This document shows positions 10,031 through 20,837 of a stretch of 64,000 nt of DNA, one piece after another. The notes under the pieces were generated by a model that saw only the letters and a program-made list of their open reading frames with translations, made no database searches and had not been told where the DNA came from. The position numbers and the translations under genes were made by a program. Numbering within the stretch: position 1 is the first letter of the stretch; every line of letters begins with the position of its first letter. Source of the stretch: Pseudomonas aeruginosa PAO1 (lineage in GTDB: Bacteria > Pseudomonadota > Gammaproteobacteria > Pseudomonadales > Pseudomonadaceae); assembly GCF_000006765.1 (NCBI RefSeq), contig NC_002516.2; one strand, given 5' to 3'.

Positions 10031-11476
10031 ATGATCCCAGTAATCCTTTCCGGTGGCAGCGGCTCGCGACTCTGGCCTCTTTCCCGCAAGCAGTACCCCA
10101 AGCAGTTCCTCGCCCTCACCGGCGACGACACCCTGTTCCAGCAGACCATCAAGCGCCTGGCCTTCGACGGCATGCAGGCACCGCTGCTGGTGTGCAACAA
10201 GGAGCACCGCTTCATCGTCCAGGAACAGCTGGAGGCACAGAACCTGGCGAGCCAGGCGATCCTCCTCGAACCCTTCGGCCGCAACACGGCGCCGGCGGTG
10301 GCCATCGCCGCGATGAAACTGGTCGCCGAAGGCCGCGACGAACTGCTGCTGATCCTTCCCGCCGACCACGTGATCGAGGACCAGCGCGCCTTCCAGCAGG
10401 CCCTGGCGCTGGCCACCAACGCCGCCGAAAAGGGCGAGATGGTGCTCTTCGGCATTCCCGCCAGCCGCCCCGAGACCGGCTACGGCTACATCCGCGCGAG
10501 CGCCGATGCGCAACTGCCGGAAGGCGTCAGCCGGGTGCAGAGCTTCGTCGAGAAGCCCGACGAAGCCCGCGCCCGCGAGTTCGTCGCCGCCGGCGGCTAC
10601 TACTGGAACAGCGGCATGTTCCTGTTCCGCGCCAGCCGCTACCTGGAAGAACTGAAGAAGCACGACGCCGACATCTACGACACCTGCCTGCTGGCCCTGG
10701 AGCGCAGCCAGCACGACGGCGACCTGGTGAACATCGACGCCGCCACCTTCGAATGCTGCCCGGACAACTCCATCGACTACGCGGTGATGGAGAAGACCTC
10801 ACGCGCCTGCGTGGTGCCGCTGTCCGCCGGCTGGAACGATGTCGGCAGCTGGTCGTCGATCTGGGACGTGCACGCCAAGGACGCCAACGGCAACGTCACC
10901 AAGGGCGACGTGCTGGTCCACGACAGCCACAACTGCCTGGTGCACGGCAACGGCAAGCTGGTCTCGGTGATCGGCCTGGAGGACATCGTGGTGGTGGAAA
11001 CCAAGGACGCCATGATGATCGCCCACAAGGACCGGGTGCAGGACGTCAAGCACGTGGTCAAGGACCTCGACGCCCAGGGCCGCAGCGAGACCCAGAACCA
11101 CTGCGAGGTCTACCGCCCGTGGGGCTCCTACGACTCGGTGGACATGGGCGGCCGCTTCCAGGTCAAGCACATCACCGTGAAGCCCGGCGCGCGCCTCTCG
11201 CTGCAGATGCACCACCACCGCGCCGAGCACTGGATCGTGGTTTCCGGGACCGCCCAGGTGACCTGCGACGACAAGACCTTCCTGCTCACCGAGAACCAGT
11301 CGACCTACATCCCGATCGCCTCCGTGCACCGCCTGGCCAACCCCGGCAAGATCCCGCTGGAGATCATCGAGGTGCAGTCCGGCAGCTACCTCGGCGAGGA
11401 CGACATCGAGCGCCTGGAAGACGTCTACGGGCGCACCGCAGAACCGGCCCTGCAAGTGGTCGCCGGCAGCCGCTGA
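10031..11476 (+). CDS. algA: Bifunctional mannose-1-phosphate guanylyltransferase / mannose-6-phosphate isomerase AlgA (481 aa)
   Basis: MIPVILSGGSGSRLWP nucleotidyltransferase motif; C-terminal cupin (HHHRAEHW); start at ATG 10031. Confidence 0.97.
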   Translation: MIPVILSGGSGSRLWPLSRKQYPKQFLALTGDDTLFQQTIKRLAFDGMQAPLLVCNKEHRFIVQEQLEAQNLASQAILLEPFGRNTAPAVAIAAMKLVAEGRDELLLILPADHVIEDQRAFQQALALATNAAEKGEMVLFGIPASRPETGYGYIRASADAQLPEGVSRVQSFVEKPDEARAREFVAAGGYYWNSGMFLFRASRYLEELKKHDADIYDTCLLALERSQHDGDLVNIDAATFECCPDNSIDYAVMEKTSRACVVPLSAGWNDVGSWSSIWDVHAKDANGNVTKGDVLVHDSHNCLVHGNGKLVSVIGLEDIVVVETKDAMMIAHKDRVQDVKHVVKDLDAQGRSETQNHCEVYRPWGSYDSVDMGGRFQVKHITVKPGARLSLQMHHHRAEHWIVVSGTAQVTCDDKTFLLTENQSTYIPIASVHRLANPGKIPLEIIEVQSGSYLGEDDIERLEDVYGRTAEPALQVVAGSR

Positions 11477-11488
11477 AGCGTCGACCCG

Positions 11489-11527
11489 GCCCCCTGGCGG
11501 AGCGATCCGCCAGGGGGCTGTTTTTTT
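11489..11527 (+). terminator. Rho-independent terminator of the alginate operon
   Basis: 13-bp stem GCCCCCTGGCGGA / TCCGCCAGGGGGC, loop GCGA, then TG and T7. Confidence 0.9.
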
Positions 11528-11745
11528 CCGACAACCTACGGGATTGACTTTCCCTGGCCCTCCCCATGTTTCCATGAAGTTTCCGGAATATTCACGGGGA
11601 GCGGACATCGAGTATTAATGAACCCTTAAAGAAACAGGACTCGGGTTATTAATAAAAGCCACTCAGAAAACACCCGAGATCCTTTCCAACCCTGCAAGCC
11701 CCTGAAAAAGAGGCTTCCGGCTTTATCCTCCAGTTTCTTCGAGTT

Positions 11746-11762
11746 CGTTCAGTCTTCATTCA
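11746..11762 (+). promoter_or_regulatory. PhoP-type box 1 upstream of arnB
   Basis: CGTTCA-N5-CATTCA direct repeat, 11-bp period. Confidence 0.7.
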
Positions 11763-11768
11763 GCCGTT

Positions 11769-11785
11769 GTTAAGCGAGTCTTAAC
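11769..11785 (+). promoter_or_regulatory. PmrA-type box upstream of arnB
   Basis: GTTAAG-N5-CTTAAC, close to the CTTAAG-N5-CTTAAG consensus. Confidence 0.75.
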
Positions 11786-11788
11786 AAA

Positions 11789-11823
11789 CGTTCAGGCAGC
11801 ATTCAGCGACATATAAATAACCT
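11789..11823 (+). promoter_or_regulatory. PhoP-type box 2 with putative -10 of the arn promoter
   Basis: CGTTCA-N5-CATTCA (11789-11805); TAACCT 12 nt downstream (11818-11823). Confidence 0.7.
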
Positions 11824-11859
11824 CTTCGTACCGCCCTCCCAGTACCGAGGCTTCATTAC

Positions 11860-13008
11860 ATGTCACTGGACTTTCTGCCATTCTCCCGGCCAAGCATCGG
11901 CGAGGACGAAATCGCCGCCGTGGAGCAGGTCCTGCGTTCCGGCTGGATCACCACCGGGCCGAAGAACCAGGAGCTCGAACAGCGCTTCGCCGAACGCCTC
12001 GGCTGCCGCCACGCGGTGGCGCTATCCTCGGCCACCGGCGCCCTGCACGTCACCCTGCTGGCGCTGGGCATCGGCCCCGGCGACGAAGTGATCACGCCGT
12101 CGCTGACCTGGGTCTCCACCGCCAACGTCATCACCCTGCTCGGCGCCACCCCGGTGTTCGTCGACGTCGACCGCGACACCCTGATGTGTTCGGCGCAGGC
12201 AGTGGAAGCCGCCATCGGCCCGCGCACCCGCGCCATCGTGCCGGTGCACTACGCCGGCTCCACCCTGGATCTCGAAGGCCTGCGCACGGTCGCCGGGCGC
12301 CACGGCATCGCCCTGGTCGAGGACGCCGCCCACGCGGTCGGCAGCGAATACCGCGGGCGCCCGGTAGGCTCCCGCGGCACGGCGATCTTTTCCTTCCACG
12401 CGATCAAGAACCTGACCTGCGCCGAAGGCGCGATGTTCGTCAGCGACGACAGTGCCCTCGCCGAACGGGTCCGCCGCCTCAAGTTCCACGGCCTCGGGGT
12501 CGATGCCTACGACCGCCTGAGCCATGGACGCAAGCCGCAGGCGGAAGTTATCGAGCCCGGTTTCAAATACAACCTGGCCGACCTCAACGCCGCCCTCGCG
12601 CTGGTCCAGCTCAAGCGCCTGGACGCGCTCAACGCGCGCCGCCAGGCCCTCGCCGAACGCTACCTGGAGCGCCTCGCCGGCCTGCCGCTGGCGCCGCTCG
12701 GCCTGCCCGCGCACAAGCAGCGCCACGCCTGGCACCTGTTCATCCTGCGCATCGACGCCGAGGTCTGCGGCCTGGGCCGCGACGCCTTCATGGAAGCCCT
12801 GAAGGCGCGCGGCATCGGTAGCGGCATCCATTTCATCGCCAGTCACCTGCACCACTACTACCGCCAGCGCCAGCCGCGCCTGAGCCTGCCCAACAGCGAG
12901 TGGAACTCGGCCCGCCTGTGCTCCATCCCGCTGTTCCCCGACATGCGCGACGACGACATCGAGCGCGTCGCCCGCGCCATCGAGGAGATCCTGGAGAAAC
13001 GTCGATGA
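11860..13008 (+). CDS. arnB: UDP-4-amino-4-deoxy-L-arabinose aminotransferase ArnB
   Basis: DegT/DnrJ PLP family; SFHAIKN motif; operon context. Confidence 0.96.
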   Translation: MSLDFLPFSRPSIGEDEIAAVEQVLRSGWITTGPKNQELEQRFAERLGCRHAVALSSATGALHVTLLALGIGPGDEVITPSLTWVSTANVITLLGATPVFVDVDRDTLMCSAQAVEAAIGPRTRAIVPVHYAGSTLDLEGLRTVAGRHGIALVEDAAHAVGSEYRGRPVGSRGTAIFSFHAIKNLTCAEGAMFVSDDSALAERVRRLKFHGLGVDAYDRLSHGRKPQAEVIEPGFKYNLADLNAALALVQLKRLDALNARRQALAERYLERLAGLPLAPLGLPAHKQRHAWHLFILRIDAEVCGLGRDAFMEALKARGIGSGIHFIASHLHHYYRQRQPRLSLPNSEWNSARLCSIPLFPDMRDDDIERVARAIEEILEKRR

Positions 13009-14024
13009 AGCCCTATCCGATCGACCTGGTCTCGGTGGTGATCCCGGTCTACAACGAGGAAGCCAGCCTGCCCGAACTGCTGCGCCGCACCGAGGCCGCC
13101 TGCCTGGAGCTGGGCCGCGCCTTCGAGATCGTGCTGGTCGACGACGGCAGCCGCGACCGCTCCGCGGAACTCTTGCAGGCCGCCGCCGAACGCGACGGCA
13201 GCGCCGTGGTGGCGGTGATCCTCAACCGCAACTACGGCCAGCACGCGGCGATCCTCGCCGGCTTCGAACAGTCCCGTGGAGACCTGGTGATCACCCTCGA
13301 TGCCGACCTGCAGAACCCGCCGGAGGAAATCCCGCGCCTGGTGGAGCGCGCCGCGCAGGGCTACGACGTGGTCGGCAGCATCCGCGCCGAGCGCCAGGAC
13401 TCGGCCTGGCGGCGCTGGCCTTCGCGCCTGGTGAACCTGGCGGTGCAGCGCTCCACCGGGGTCGCCATGCACGACTACGGCTGCATGCTGCGCGCCTACC
13501 GGCGCAGCATCGTCGAAGCGATGCTGGCCTGCCGCGAACGCAGTACCTTCATCCCGATCCTGGCCAACGGCTTCGCCCGGCATACCTGCGAGATCCGCGT
13601 CGCCCACGCCGAGCGCGCCCACGGCGAATCGAAATACAGCGCGATGCGCCTGCTCAACCTGATGTTCGACCTGGTCACCTGCATGACCACCACGCCGCTG
13701 CGCCTGCTCAGCCTGGTCGGCGGCGGCATGGCCCTGGCCGGCTTCCTCTTCGCCCTGTTCCTCCTCGTGCTGCGCCTGGCCTTCGGCGCCGCCTGGGCCG
13801 GCAACGGCCTGTTCGTGCTGTTCGCCGTGCTGTTCATGTTCAGCGGCGTGCAGTTGCTCGGCATGGGCCTGCTCGGCGAGTACCTCGGGCGCATGTACAG
13901 CGACGTGCGCGCGCGGCCGCGCTTCTTCATCGAGCGCGTGGTCCGCGCAACGCCCTCCGCGCTTCCCTCGGCCCTGCAGCGGGCCGGTTTCACCTCTTCA
14001 TCCAGCGAGCCTTCCACGCCATGA
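13005..14024 (+). CDS. arnC: Undecaprenyl-phosphate Ara4FN transferase ArnC (339 aa)
   Basis: GT2 motifs [21 protein letters not shown]; two C-terminal TM helices; ATGA overlap with arnB. Confidence 0.95.
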   Translation: MKPYPIDLVSVVIPVYNEEASLPELLRRTEAACLELGRAFEIVLVDDGSRDRSAELLQAAAERDGSAVVAVILNRNYGQHAAILAGFEQSRGDLVITLDADLQNPPEEIPRLVERAAQGYDVVGSIRAERQDSAWRRWPSRLVNLAVQRSTGVAMHDYGCMLRAYRRSIVEAMLACRERSTFIPILANGFARHTCEIRVAHAERAHGESKYSAMRLLNLMFDLVTCMTTTPLRLLSLVGGGMALAGFLFALFLLVLRLAFGAAWAGNGLFVLFAVLFMFSGVQLLGMGLLGEYLGRMYSDVRARPRFFIERVVRATPSALPSALQRAGFTSSSSEPSTP

Positions 14025-16009
14025 CCTCGAAAGCCGTCGTCTTCGCCTACCACGACATCGGTTGCACCGGTATCGAAGCCCTGCTCAATGCCGGCTACGA
14101 GATCGCCGCCGTCTTCACCCATGCCGACGACCCACGGGAAAACACCTTCTACGCCTCGGTCGCACGCCTCTGCGCCGAGCGCGGCATTCCGCTGCACGCG
14201 CCCGAGGACGTGAACCATCCGCTGTGGCTGGAGCGTATCCGCCAACTGCGCCCGGACTTCCTGTTCTCCTTCTACTACCGCCGCCTGCTCGGCGCCGAGC
14301 TGCTCGCCTGCGCCGCACGCGGCGCCTACAACCTGCACGGTTCGCTGCTGCCGCGCTACCGCGGACGCGCCCCGGCGAACTGGGTGCTGGTCAACGGCGA
14401 AACGCAGACCGGGGTGACCCTGCATCGCATGATCGAGCGCGCCGACGCCGGGCCGATCCTCGCCCAGCAGGCCGTCGCCATCGACCCCGAGGACACCGCC
14501 CTGAGCCTGCACGGCAAGCTGCGCAAGGCCGCCGGCGCCCTGCTGCGCGACAGCCTGCCGCTGCTCGCCCTCGGCGTGCTGCCGGAAGTCGAGCAGGACG
14601 AGAGCCAGGCCAGCCACTTCGGCCGGCGCACCCCGGCGGACGGCCTGCTCGACTGGCACAGGCCGGCACGGCAGTTGTACGACCTGGTGCGCGCGGTGAC
14701 CCAGCCCTACCCTGGCGCCTTCTGCCAGGTCGGCGAACAGAAGCTGATCGTCTGGAGCGCCGAGGTGGTCGCCGGCAACCACGGCCGCGAGCCGGGCAGC
14801 GTACTGTCCTGCGACCCGCTGCGGATCGCCTGCGGCGAGGACTCGCTGGTGCTGCGCTTCGGCCAGCGCGGCGAGCGCGGCCTGTACCTGGCCGGCACGC
14901 AACTGGCCACCGAGCTGGGCCTGGTCGAGGGCGCGCGCCTGCGTGGCGCGGCATGCAGTCCGCAGCGCCGCACGCGGGTGCTGATCCTCGGGGTCAACGG
15001 CTTCATCGGCAACCACCTGTCCGAACGCCTGCTGCGCGACGGTCGCTACGAGGTCCACGGCATGGACATCGGCTCCGACGCCATCGAACGGCTCAAGGCC
15101 GACCCGCATTTCCACTTCGTCGAAGGCGACATCGGCATCCATTCGGAGTGGCTCGAATACCATGTGAAGAAATGCGACGTGATCCTGCCGCTGGTGGCCA
15201 TCGCCACGCCCATCGAGTACACGCGCAACCCGCTGCGGGTGTTCGAACTGGACTTCGAGGAAAACCTGCGGATCGTCCGCTACTGCGTGAAATACGGCAA
15301 ACGCGTGGTGTTCCCTTCCACCTCCGAGGTCTACGGCATGTGCCAGGACCCGGACTTCGACGAAGACCGCTCGAACCTGGTGGTCGGGCCGATCAACAAG
15401 CAGCGCTGGATCTACTCGGTGTCCAAGCAGTTGCTCGACCGGGTGATCTGGGCCTACGGCCAGCAGGGCCTGCGCTTCACCCTGTTCCGTCCGTTCAACT
15501 GGATGGGCCCGCGCCTGGACCGCCTGGATTCGGCGCGGATCGGCAGCTCGCGGGCGATCACCCAGCTCATCCTGCACCTGGTCGAAGGCACGCCGATCCG
15601 CCTGGTCGACGGCGGCGCGCAGAAGCGCTGCTTCACCGACGTCGACGACGGCATCGAGGCCCTCGCGCGGATCATCGACAACCGCGACGGCCGCTGCGAC
15701 GGGCAGATCGTCAACATCGGCAACCCGGACAACGAGGCGAGCATCCGCCAGCTCGGCGAGGAACTGCTGCGCCAGTTCGAGGCCCACCCGCTGCGCGCGC
15801 AGTTCCCGCCCTTCGCCGGCTTCCGCGAGGTGGAGAGCCGCAGCTTCTACGGCGACGGCTACCAGGACGTGGCCCACCGCAAGCCGAGCATCGACAACGC
15901 CCGGCGCCTGCTCGACTGGCAGCCCACCATCGAACTGCGCGAGACCATCGGCAAGACCCTCGACTTCTTCCTCCACGAAGCGCTCCGCGAGCGCGAGGCA
16001 CAGGCGTGA
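14021..16009 (+). CDS. arnA: Bifunctional formyltransferase / UDP-GlcA decarboxylase ArnA (662 aa)
   Basis: [12 protein letters not shown] formyltransferase motif; GVNGFIG Rossmann motif; YSVSK. Confidence 0.97.
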
Positions 16010-16893
16010 TCCAGGCCGGCCTGCGCATCGACGTCGACACCTTCCGCGGCACCCGCGACGGGGTGCCGCGGCTGCTCGAGCTGCTCGACGAAGCCGGGCT
16101 GAAGGCGACCTTCTTCTTCAGCGTCGGCCCGGACAACATGGGCCGCCACCTCTGGCGCCTGGCGCGCCCGGCGTTCTTCTGGAAGATGCTCCGCTCGCGC
16201 GCCGCCAGCCTGTATGGCTGGGACATCCTGCTGGCCGGCACCGCCTGGCCGGGCAAGCCGATCGGCCGCGAACTCGGCCCGCTGATGCGGCGGACCCAGG
16301 CCGCCGGCCACGAGGTCGGCCTGCACGCCTGGGACCACCATGCCTGGCAGACCCACGCCGGAGTCTGGAGCGTGCAGCAGCTCGGCGAGCAGATCCGCCG
16401 CGGCAGCGATTGCCTGGCGGACATCCTCGGCCAGCCGGTGCGTTGTTCCGCCGCCGCCGGCTGGCGCGCCGACGGCCGGGTGGTCGAGGCCAAGCAGCCC
16501 TTCGGCTTCCGCTACAACAGCGACTGCCGCGGACGCGGCGCGTTCCGCCCGCGCCTGGCCGACGGCAGCCCTGGCATCCCGCAGGTGCCGGTGAACCTGC
16601 CGACCTTCGACGAGGTGGTCGGTCCCGGCCTGCCGCGCGAGGCCTACAACGACTTCATCCTGGAACGCTTCGCCGCTGGCCGCGACAACGTCTACACCAT
16701 CCACGCCGAGGTCGAGGGGCTGCTCCTCGCCCCGGCGTTCCGCGAACTGCTGCGGCGCGCCGAACGGCGCGGCATCCGCTTCCGACCGTTGGGCGAACTG
16801 CTGCCGGACGATCCGCGCAGCCTGCCGCTGGCCGAACTGGTGCGCGGCCGCCTGGCCGGCCGCGAGGGCTGGCTGGGAGTGCGCCAGCCATGA
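16006..16893 (+). CDS. arnD: Ara4FN deformylase ArnD (295 aa, GTG start)
   Basis: [13 protein letters not shown] and YTIHAEVEG motifs; GTGA overlap with arnA stop. Confidence 0.94.
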
Positions 16894-18539
16894 GCCGCCG
16901 CCAGACCTGTTCGCTGCTGCTGATCGCCTTCGGCCTGTTCTACCTGGTTCCATTGAGCAACCATGGCCTGTGGATTCCCGACGAGACCCGCTACGCGCAG
17001 ATCAGCCAGGCGATGCTGCTGGGCGGCGACTGGGTGTCGCCGCACTTCCTCGGCCTGCGCTACTTCGAGAAGCCGGTCGCCGGCTACTGGATGATCGCCC
17101 TCGGCCAGGCGGTCTTCGGCGAAAACCTGTTCGGCGTGCGCATCGCCTCGGTCGTCGCCACCGCCCTCAGCGTCCTGCTCGCCTACCTGCTGGCCCGCCG
17201 CCTGTGGCGCGACCCGCGCACCAGCCTGGCATGCGCGCTGCTCTACGCCAGCTTCGGCTTGATCGCCGGGCAGTCCGGCTATGCCAACCTCGACCCGCAA
17301 TTCACCTTCTGGGTCAACCTGAGCCTGGTGGCGCTGTGGCATGCCCTCGACGCGGGGAGCCGCCGCGCGCGCCTGCTCGGCTGGACCCTGCTCGGCCTCG
17401 CCTGCGGCATGGGCTTCCTGACCAAGGGCTTCCTCGCCTGGCTGCTGCCGGTACTGGTCGCCCTGCCCTACATGCTCTGGCAGCGGCGCTGGCGCGAGCT
17501 GCTTGGCTACGGCGCGCTGGCGGTGCTGGCGGCGCTGCTCGTCTGCCTGCCCTGGGCGCTCGCCGTGCATGCACGGGAAGCGGACTACTGGCGGTTCTTC
17601 TTCTGGCACGAACACATCCGCCGCTTCGCCGGCGAAGACGCCCAGCACTCTCGCCCGTGGTGGTTCTACCTGCCGTTGCTGGCGGTCGCCTGCCTGCCCT
17701 GGAGCGGCCTGCTGCCGAGCGCTCTGCGCCAGGCCTGGCACGAGCGGCGCCAGGCGCCGGTGGTCTTCCTGGCGCTATGGCTGCTGTTGCCGCTGGCGTT
17801 CTTCAGCCTGAGCAGGGGCAAGCTGCCGACCTACATCATGCCCTGCCTGCTGCCGCTGGCACTGCTCATGGGCCACGCCCTGGTGCAGCGGCTGCGCCTG
17901 GGGAACAGCGTCGCGCTGCGCGGCAACGGGCTGCTCAACCTGGGCCTGGCGCTCCTCGCGCTGGCGGCCCTGGCCTACCTGCAACTGCGCAAGCCGGTGT
18001 ACCAGGAAGAACCCTTCGAGCTGTTCCTGGTCCTGCTGGTGATCGGCGCCTGGGCCGCCGCCGGCCTCGCCCAGTGGCGCTACCCGCTACGCGCCTGGGC
18101 CGCGCCGCTGCTGGCGAGCTGGGTGCTGATCGCGCTGCTGCCGGCAGCGATGCCCAACCATGTGGTGCAGAACAAGACCCCCGACCTGTTCGTCGCCGAA
18201 CACCTCGATGAACTGACCGGCGCCCGCCATCTGCTGAGCAATGACCTCGGCGCCGCCTCGGCCCTCGCCTGGCGCCTGCGTCGTAGCGACGTGACGCTCT
18301 ACGACACGCGCGGCGAGCTGAAGTACGGCCTCTCCTACCCCGAGCACAGCCAGCGCAGCGTGCCCTTGGCAGACATCCGCCAGTGGCTCTGGCGGGCACG
18401 CCAGGACGGCTCGATTGCCGTGCTGCTGCGGATCAACAGCGCCAGCGACCGCTACCAGCTGGCGCTGTTGCCGGGCGACGGCGAACGCTACCGGAACGGC
18501 AACCTGGTCCTGGCGATCCTGCCGCAGGTGCGCCCATGA
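16890..18539 (+). CDS. arnT: Lipid A L-Ara4N transferase ArnT (549 aa)
   Basis: PDETRYA and YFEKP motifs; many TM segments; ATG 16890. Confidence 0.95.
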
Positions 18540-18883
18540 GCGCCGCGCTGCTGCTCGCCACCCTGCTCATGACCGGCCTCGGCCAGGTTGCGCAGAAGCT
18601 CACCGTGGAGCACTGGCGCCTGGTCGCCGCCGACGGCTGGACGGCGCGCCTGCGCAGTCCGTGGCCGTGGCTGGCGCTGCTCGCCCTCGGGCTCGGCCTG
18701 CTCTGCTGGCTGCTGCTCCTGCAACGGGTGGAAGTCGGCAGCGCCTATCCGATGCTGGCGCTGAACTTCGTCCTGGTCACCCTGGCGGCACGCTTCGTCT
18801 TCGATGAGCCGGTGGATCGCCGCCACCTCGCCGGCCTGTTGCTGATCGTCGCCGGCGTGGCCCTGCTCGGGAGGAGCGCATGA
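18536..18883 (+). CDS. arnE: Undecaprenyl-P-Ara4N flippase subunit ArnE (115 aa)
   Basis: SMR/EamA-like 4-TM protein ([10 protein letters not shown]); ATG 18536. Confidence 0.92.
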   Translation: MSAALLLATLLMTGLGQVAQKLTVEHWRLVAADGWTARLRSPWPWLALLALGLGLLCWLLLLQRVEVGSAYPMLALNFVLVTLAARFVFDEPVDRRHLAGLLLIVAGVALLGRSA

Positions 18884-19293
18884 ACGCGCTACGCGGCTGG
18901 CTGGCGGCGCTGGGCAGCGTGCTGCTGGCCAGCGCCGCCCAGCTCGGCATGCGCTGGGGCATGAGCCGCCTGCCGCTACCGGAAGCCTGGGCCGGGCAAA
19001 CGCCGGAGCGCGCCGCGCTGCTCGCGGTAGCCCTGGCGGTGGCAGCCTACGCCGCCTCCCTGCTGTGCTGGCTGGCCGCCCTGCGCCACCTGCCGCTGGG
19101 CCGCGCCTACAGCCTGTTGAGCGCCAGCTACGCGCTGGTCTACCTGCTGGCGGCGAGCCTGCCGGCGTTCGATGAAACCTTCAGTACCAGCAAGACCCTG
19201 GGCGTAGGCCTGGTGGTGCTCGGCGTGTTGACCGTCAACGCCCGCCGCACCGCTGCCGCGCCCGCGCATCATCCGTCGAGGAAAGCACCATGA
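18880..19293 (+). CDS. arnF: Flippase subunit ArnF (137 aa)
   Basis: SMR-like ([11 protein letters not shown]); ATGA overlaps at both ends. Confidence 0.92.
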   Translation: MNALRGWLAALGSVLLASAAQLGMRWGMSRLPLPEAWAGQTPERAALLAVALAVAAYAASLLCWLAALRHLPLGRAYSLLSASYALVYLLAASLPAFDETFSTSKTLGVGLVVLGVLTVNARRTAAAPAHHPSRKAP

Positions 19294-20684
19294 AGATCAG
19301 CGTATTCGGCAGTGGCTATGTAGGACTGGTGCAGGCCGCCGTCCTCGCCGAAGTGGGCCACGATGTACTGTGCATGGACATCGACCGGAACAAGGTCGAA
19401 CGCCTCGCGCAGGGCCTCGCCAGCATCTACGAACCCGGGCTCGACGCCTTGCTGCGCGAAGGCCTGGACAGCGGCCGCCTGCGTTTCAGCAGCGATGCGC
19501 GCCTGGCCGTGGAACACGGCCGGGTGCAATTCATCGCGGTCGGCACCCCGCCTGGCGAGGACGGCGCGGCCGATCTCGGCGCGGTCTTCGTGGTGGCCGA
19601 TGCCATCGCCGAGCATCGCCGCAAGCCCGTCATCGTGGTGGAGAAATCGACCGTCCCGGTAGGCACCGGCGACCGCCTGCGCGCGCACATCGAGCGGCGC
19701 CTGGAAGCCGACGGACGCGAGCTGGAATTCGAGATCGTCTCCAACCCGGAATTCCTCAAGGAAGGCTCCGCCGTCGCCGACTGCCGGCGCCCGGACCGCA
19801 TCGTGGTCGGCTGCGACAACGAAGAGGTGCGCCAGGTGATGCGCGAACTCTACGAGCCGTTCAACCGCAACCACGACCGCATGCTGTTCATGGGCCTGCG
19901 CAGCGCCGAACTGACCAAGTACGCGGCGAACGGCATGCTGGCGACCAAGATCAGCTTCATCAACCAGATCGCCGAACTGGCCGAACACCTAGGCGCCGAC
20001 ATCGAGGCGGTGCGCCAGGGCATCGGCGCCGACCCGCGGATCGGCTACCACTTCATCTACCCCGGCTGCGGCTACGGCGGCTCCTGCTTCCCCAAGGACA
20101 TGCGCGCGCTGATCCACAGCGCCGAGCAGGCGCATTGCTCCAGCGACCTGTTGCAGGCAGTGGAAGCGATCAACCGGCGGCAGAAGCACAAGCTGTTCGA
20201 ACGCATCCGGGTGTTCTACGACGGCGACCTGCGCGGCAAGACCTTCGCCCTCTGGGGCCTGGCCTTCAAGCCGAACACCGACGACATGCGCGACGCGCCC
20301 AGCCGCGAACTGATGGAAGCGCTCTGGCGCCACGGCGCGCAGGTGCGCGCCTACGATCCCGAAGCCATGCAGGAAACCCAGCGGCTCTATGGCCACGACG
20401 AACGCCTGAGCCTGATGGGCACCCCCGAGGCGACCCTGGGAGGCGCCGATGCGCTGGTCATCTGCACCGAGTGGCAGCAATTCAAGGCACCGGATTTCGA
20501 GCTGCTCAAGGAGCGCCTGAAGGCCCCGGTGATCTTCGACGGGCGCAACCTCTACGACCCCGAGCGCATGGCCCGCCACGGCTTCCACTACTACCCGATG
20601 GGACGCGGGCAGTCCTGCTCGTTGCCGATCAACGAGGCCAGCCTCGCACAGGAAGATGGCATGCGCCTGTTGCGCCAGGCCTGA
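19290..20684 (+). CDS. ugd: UDP-glucose 6-dehydrogenase (464 aa)
   Basis: GSGYVG Rossmann motif; NPEFLKEG; catalytic [10 protein letters not shown]. Confidence 0.94.
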   Translation: MKISVFGSGYVGLVQAAVLAEVGHDVLCMDIDRNKVERLAQGLASIYEPGLDALLREGLDSGRLRFSSDARLAVEHGRVQFIAVGTPPGEDGAADLGAVFVVADAIAEHRRKPVIVVEKSTVPVGTGDRLRAHIERRLEADGRELEFEIVSNPEFLKEGSAVADCRRPDRIVVGCDNEEVRQVMRELYEPFNRNHDRMLFMGLRSAELTKYAANGMLATKISFINQIAELAEHLGADIEAVRQGIGADPRIGYHFIYPGCGYGGSCFPKDMRALIHSAEQAHCSSDLLQAVEAINRRQKHKLFERIRVFYDGDLRGKTFALWGLAFKPNTDDMRDAPSRELMEALWRHGAQVRAYDPEAMQETQRLYGHDERLSLMGTPEATLGGADALVICTEWQQFKAPDFELLKERLKAPVIFDGRNLYDPERMARHGFHYYPMGRGQSCSLPINEASLAQEDGMRLLRQA

Positions 20685-20708
20685 GGCCGCCCCAGGTCGG
20701 ATCGACCG

Positions 20709-20789
20709 CTGGGGCGAATAACCGCTTGCGGTTATCCGCCGGTTCTCCGGAGTCTCGGCGGATAACGCCTGCGGCGTTATTCGCCCTAC
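20709..20789. repeat. 81-bp REPIN (inverted REP doublet) between convergent ugd and fruA
   Basis: (CTG)GGGCGAATAACCGCTTGCGGTTATCCGCC - 16 nt - GGCGGATAACGCCTGCGGCGTTATTCGCCCTAC; same design as 40839-40919 and 41068-41148. Confidence 0.88.
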
Positions 20790-20837
20790 CCCCTGCCACG
20801 TCGCTCAGGTGGCGTAGGGCGCATGACCGCCTCGCGG

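Noticed and set aside
236-10455. Very long antisense ORFs over the alg operon (236..1888, 1858..4566, 4705..6204, 6371..8062, 7906..10455)
   Set aside because: Shadow frames from high GC3 codon bias; they mirror real genes, have V/A/G/R-rich low-information composition and no recognisable motifs
11544-11572. Near-consensus -35 (TTGACT) just past the algA terminator
   Set aside because: No acceptable -10 at 16-18 nt spacing
13496-15976. 826-aa antisense ORF over arnCA and similar frames over arnT and ugd
   Set aside because: Same shadow-ORF artefact
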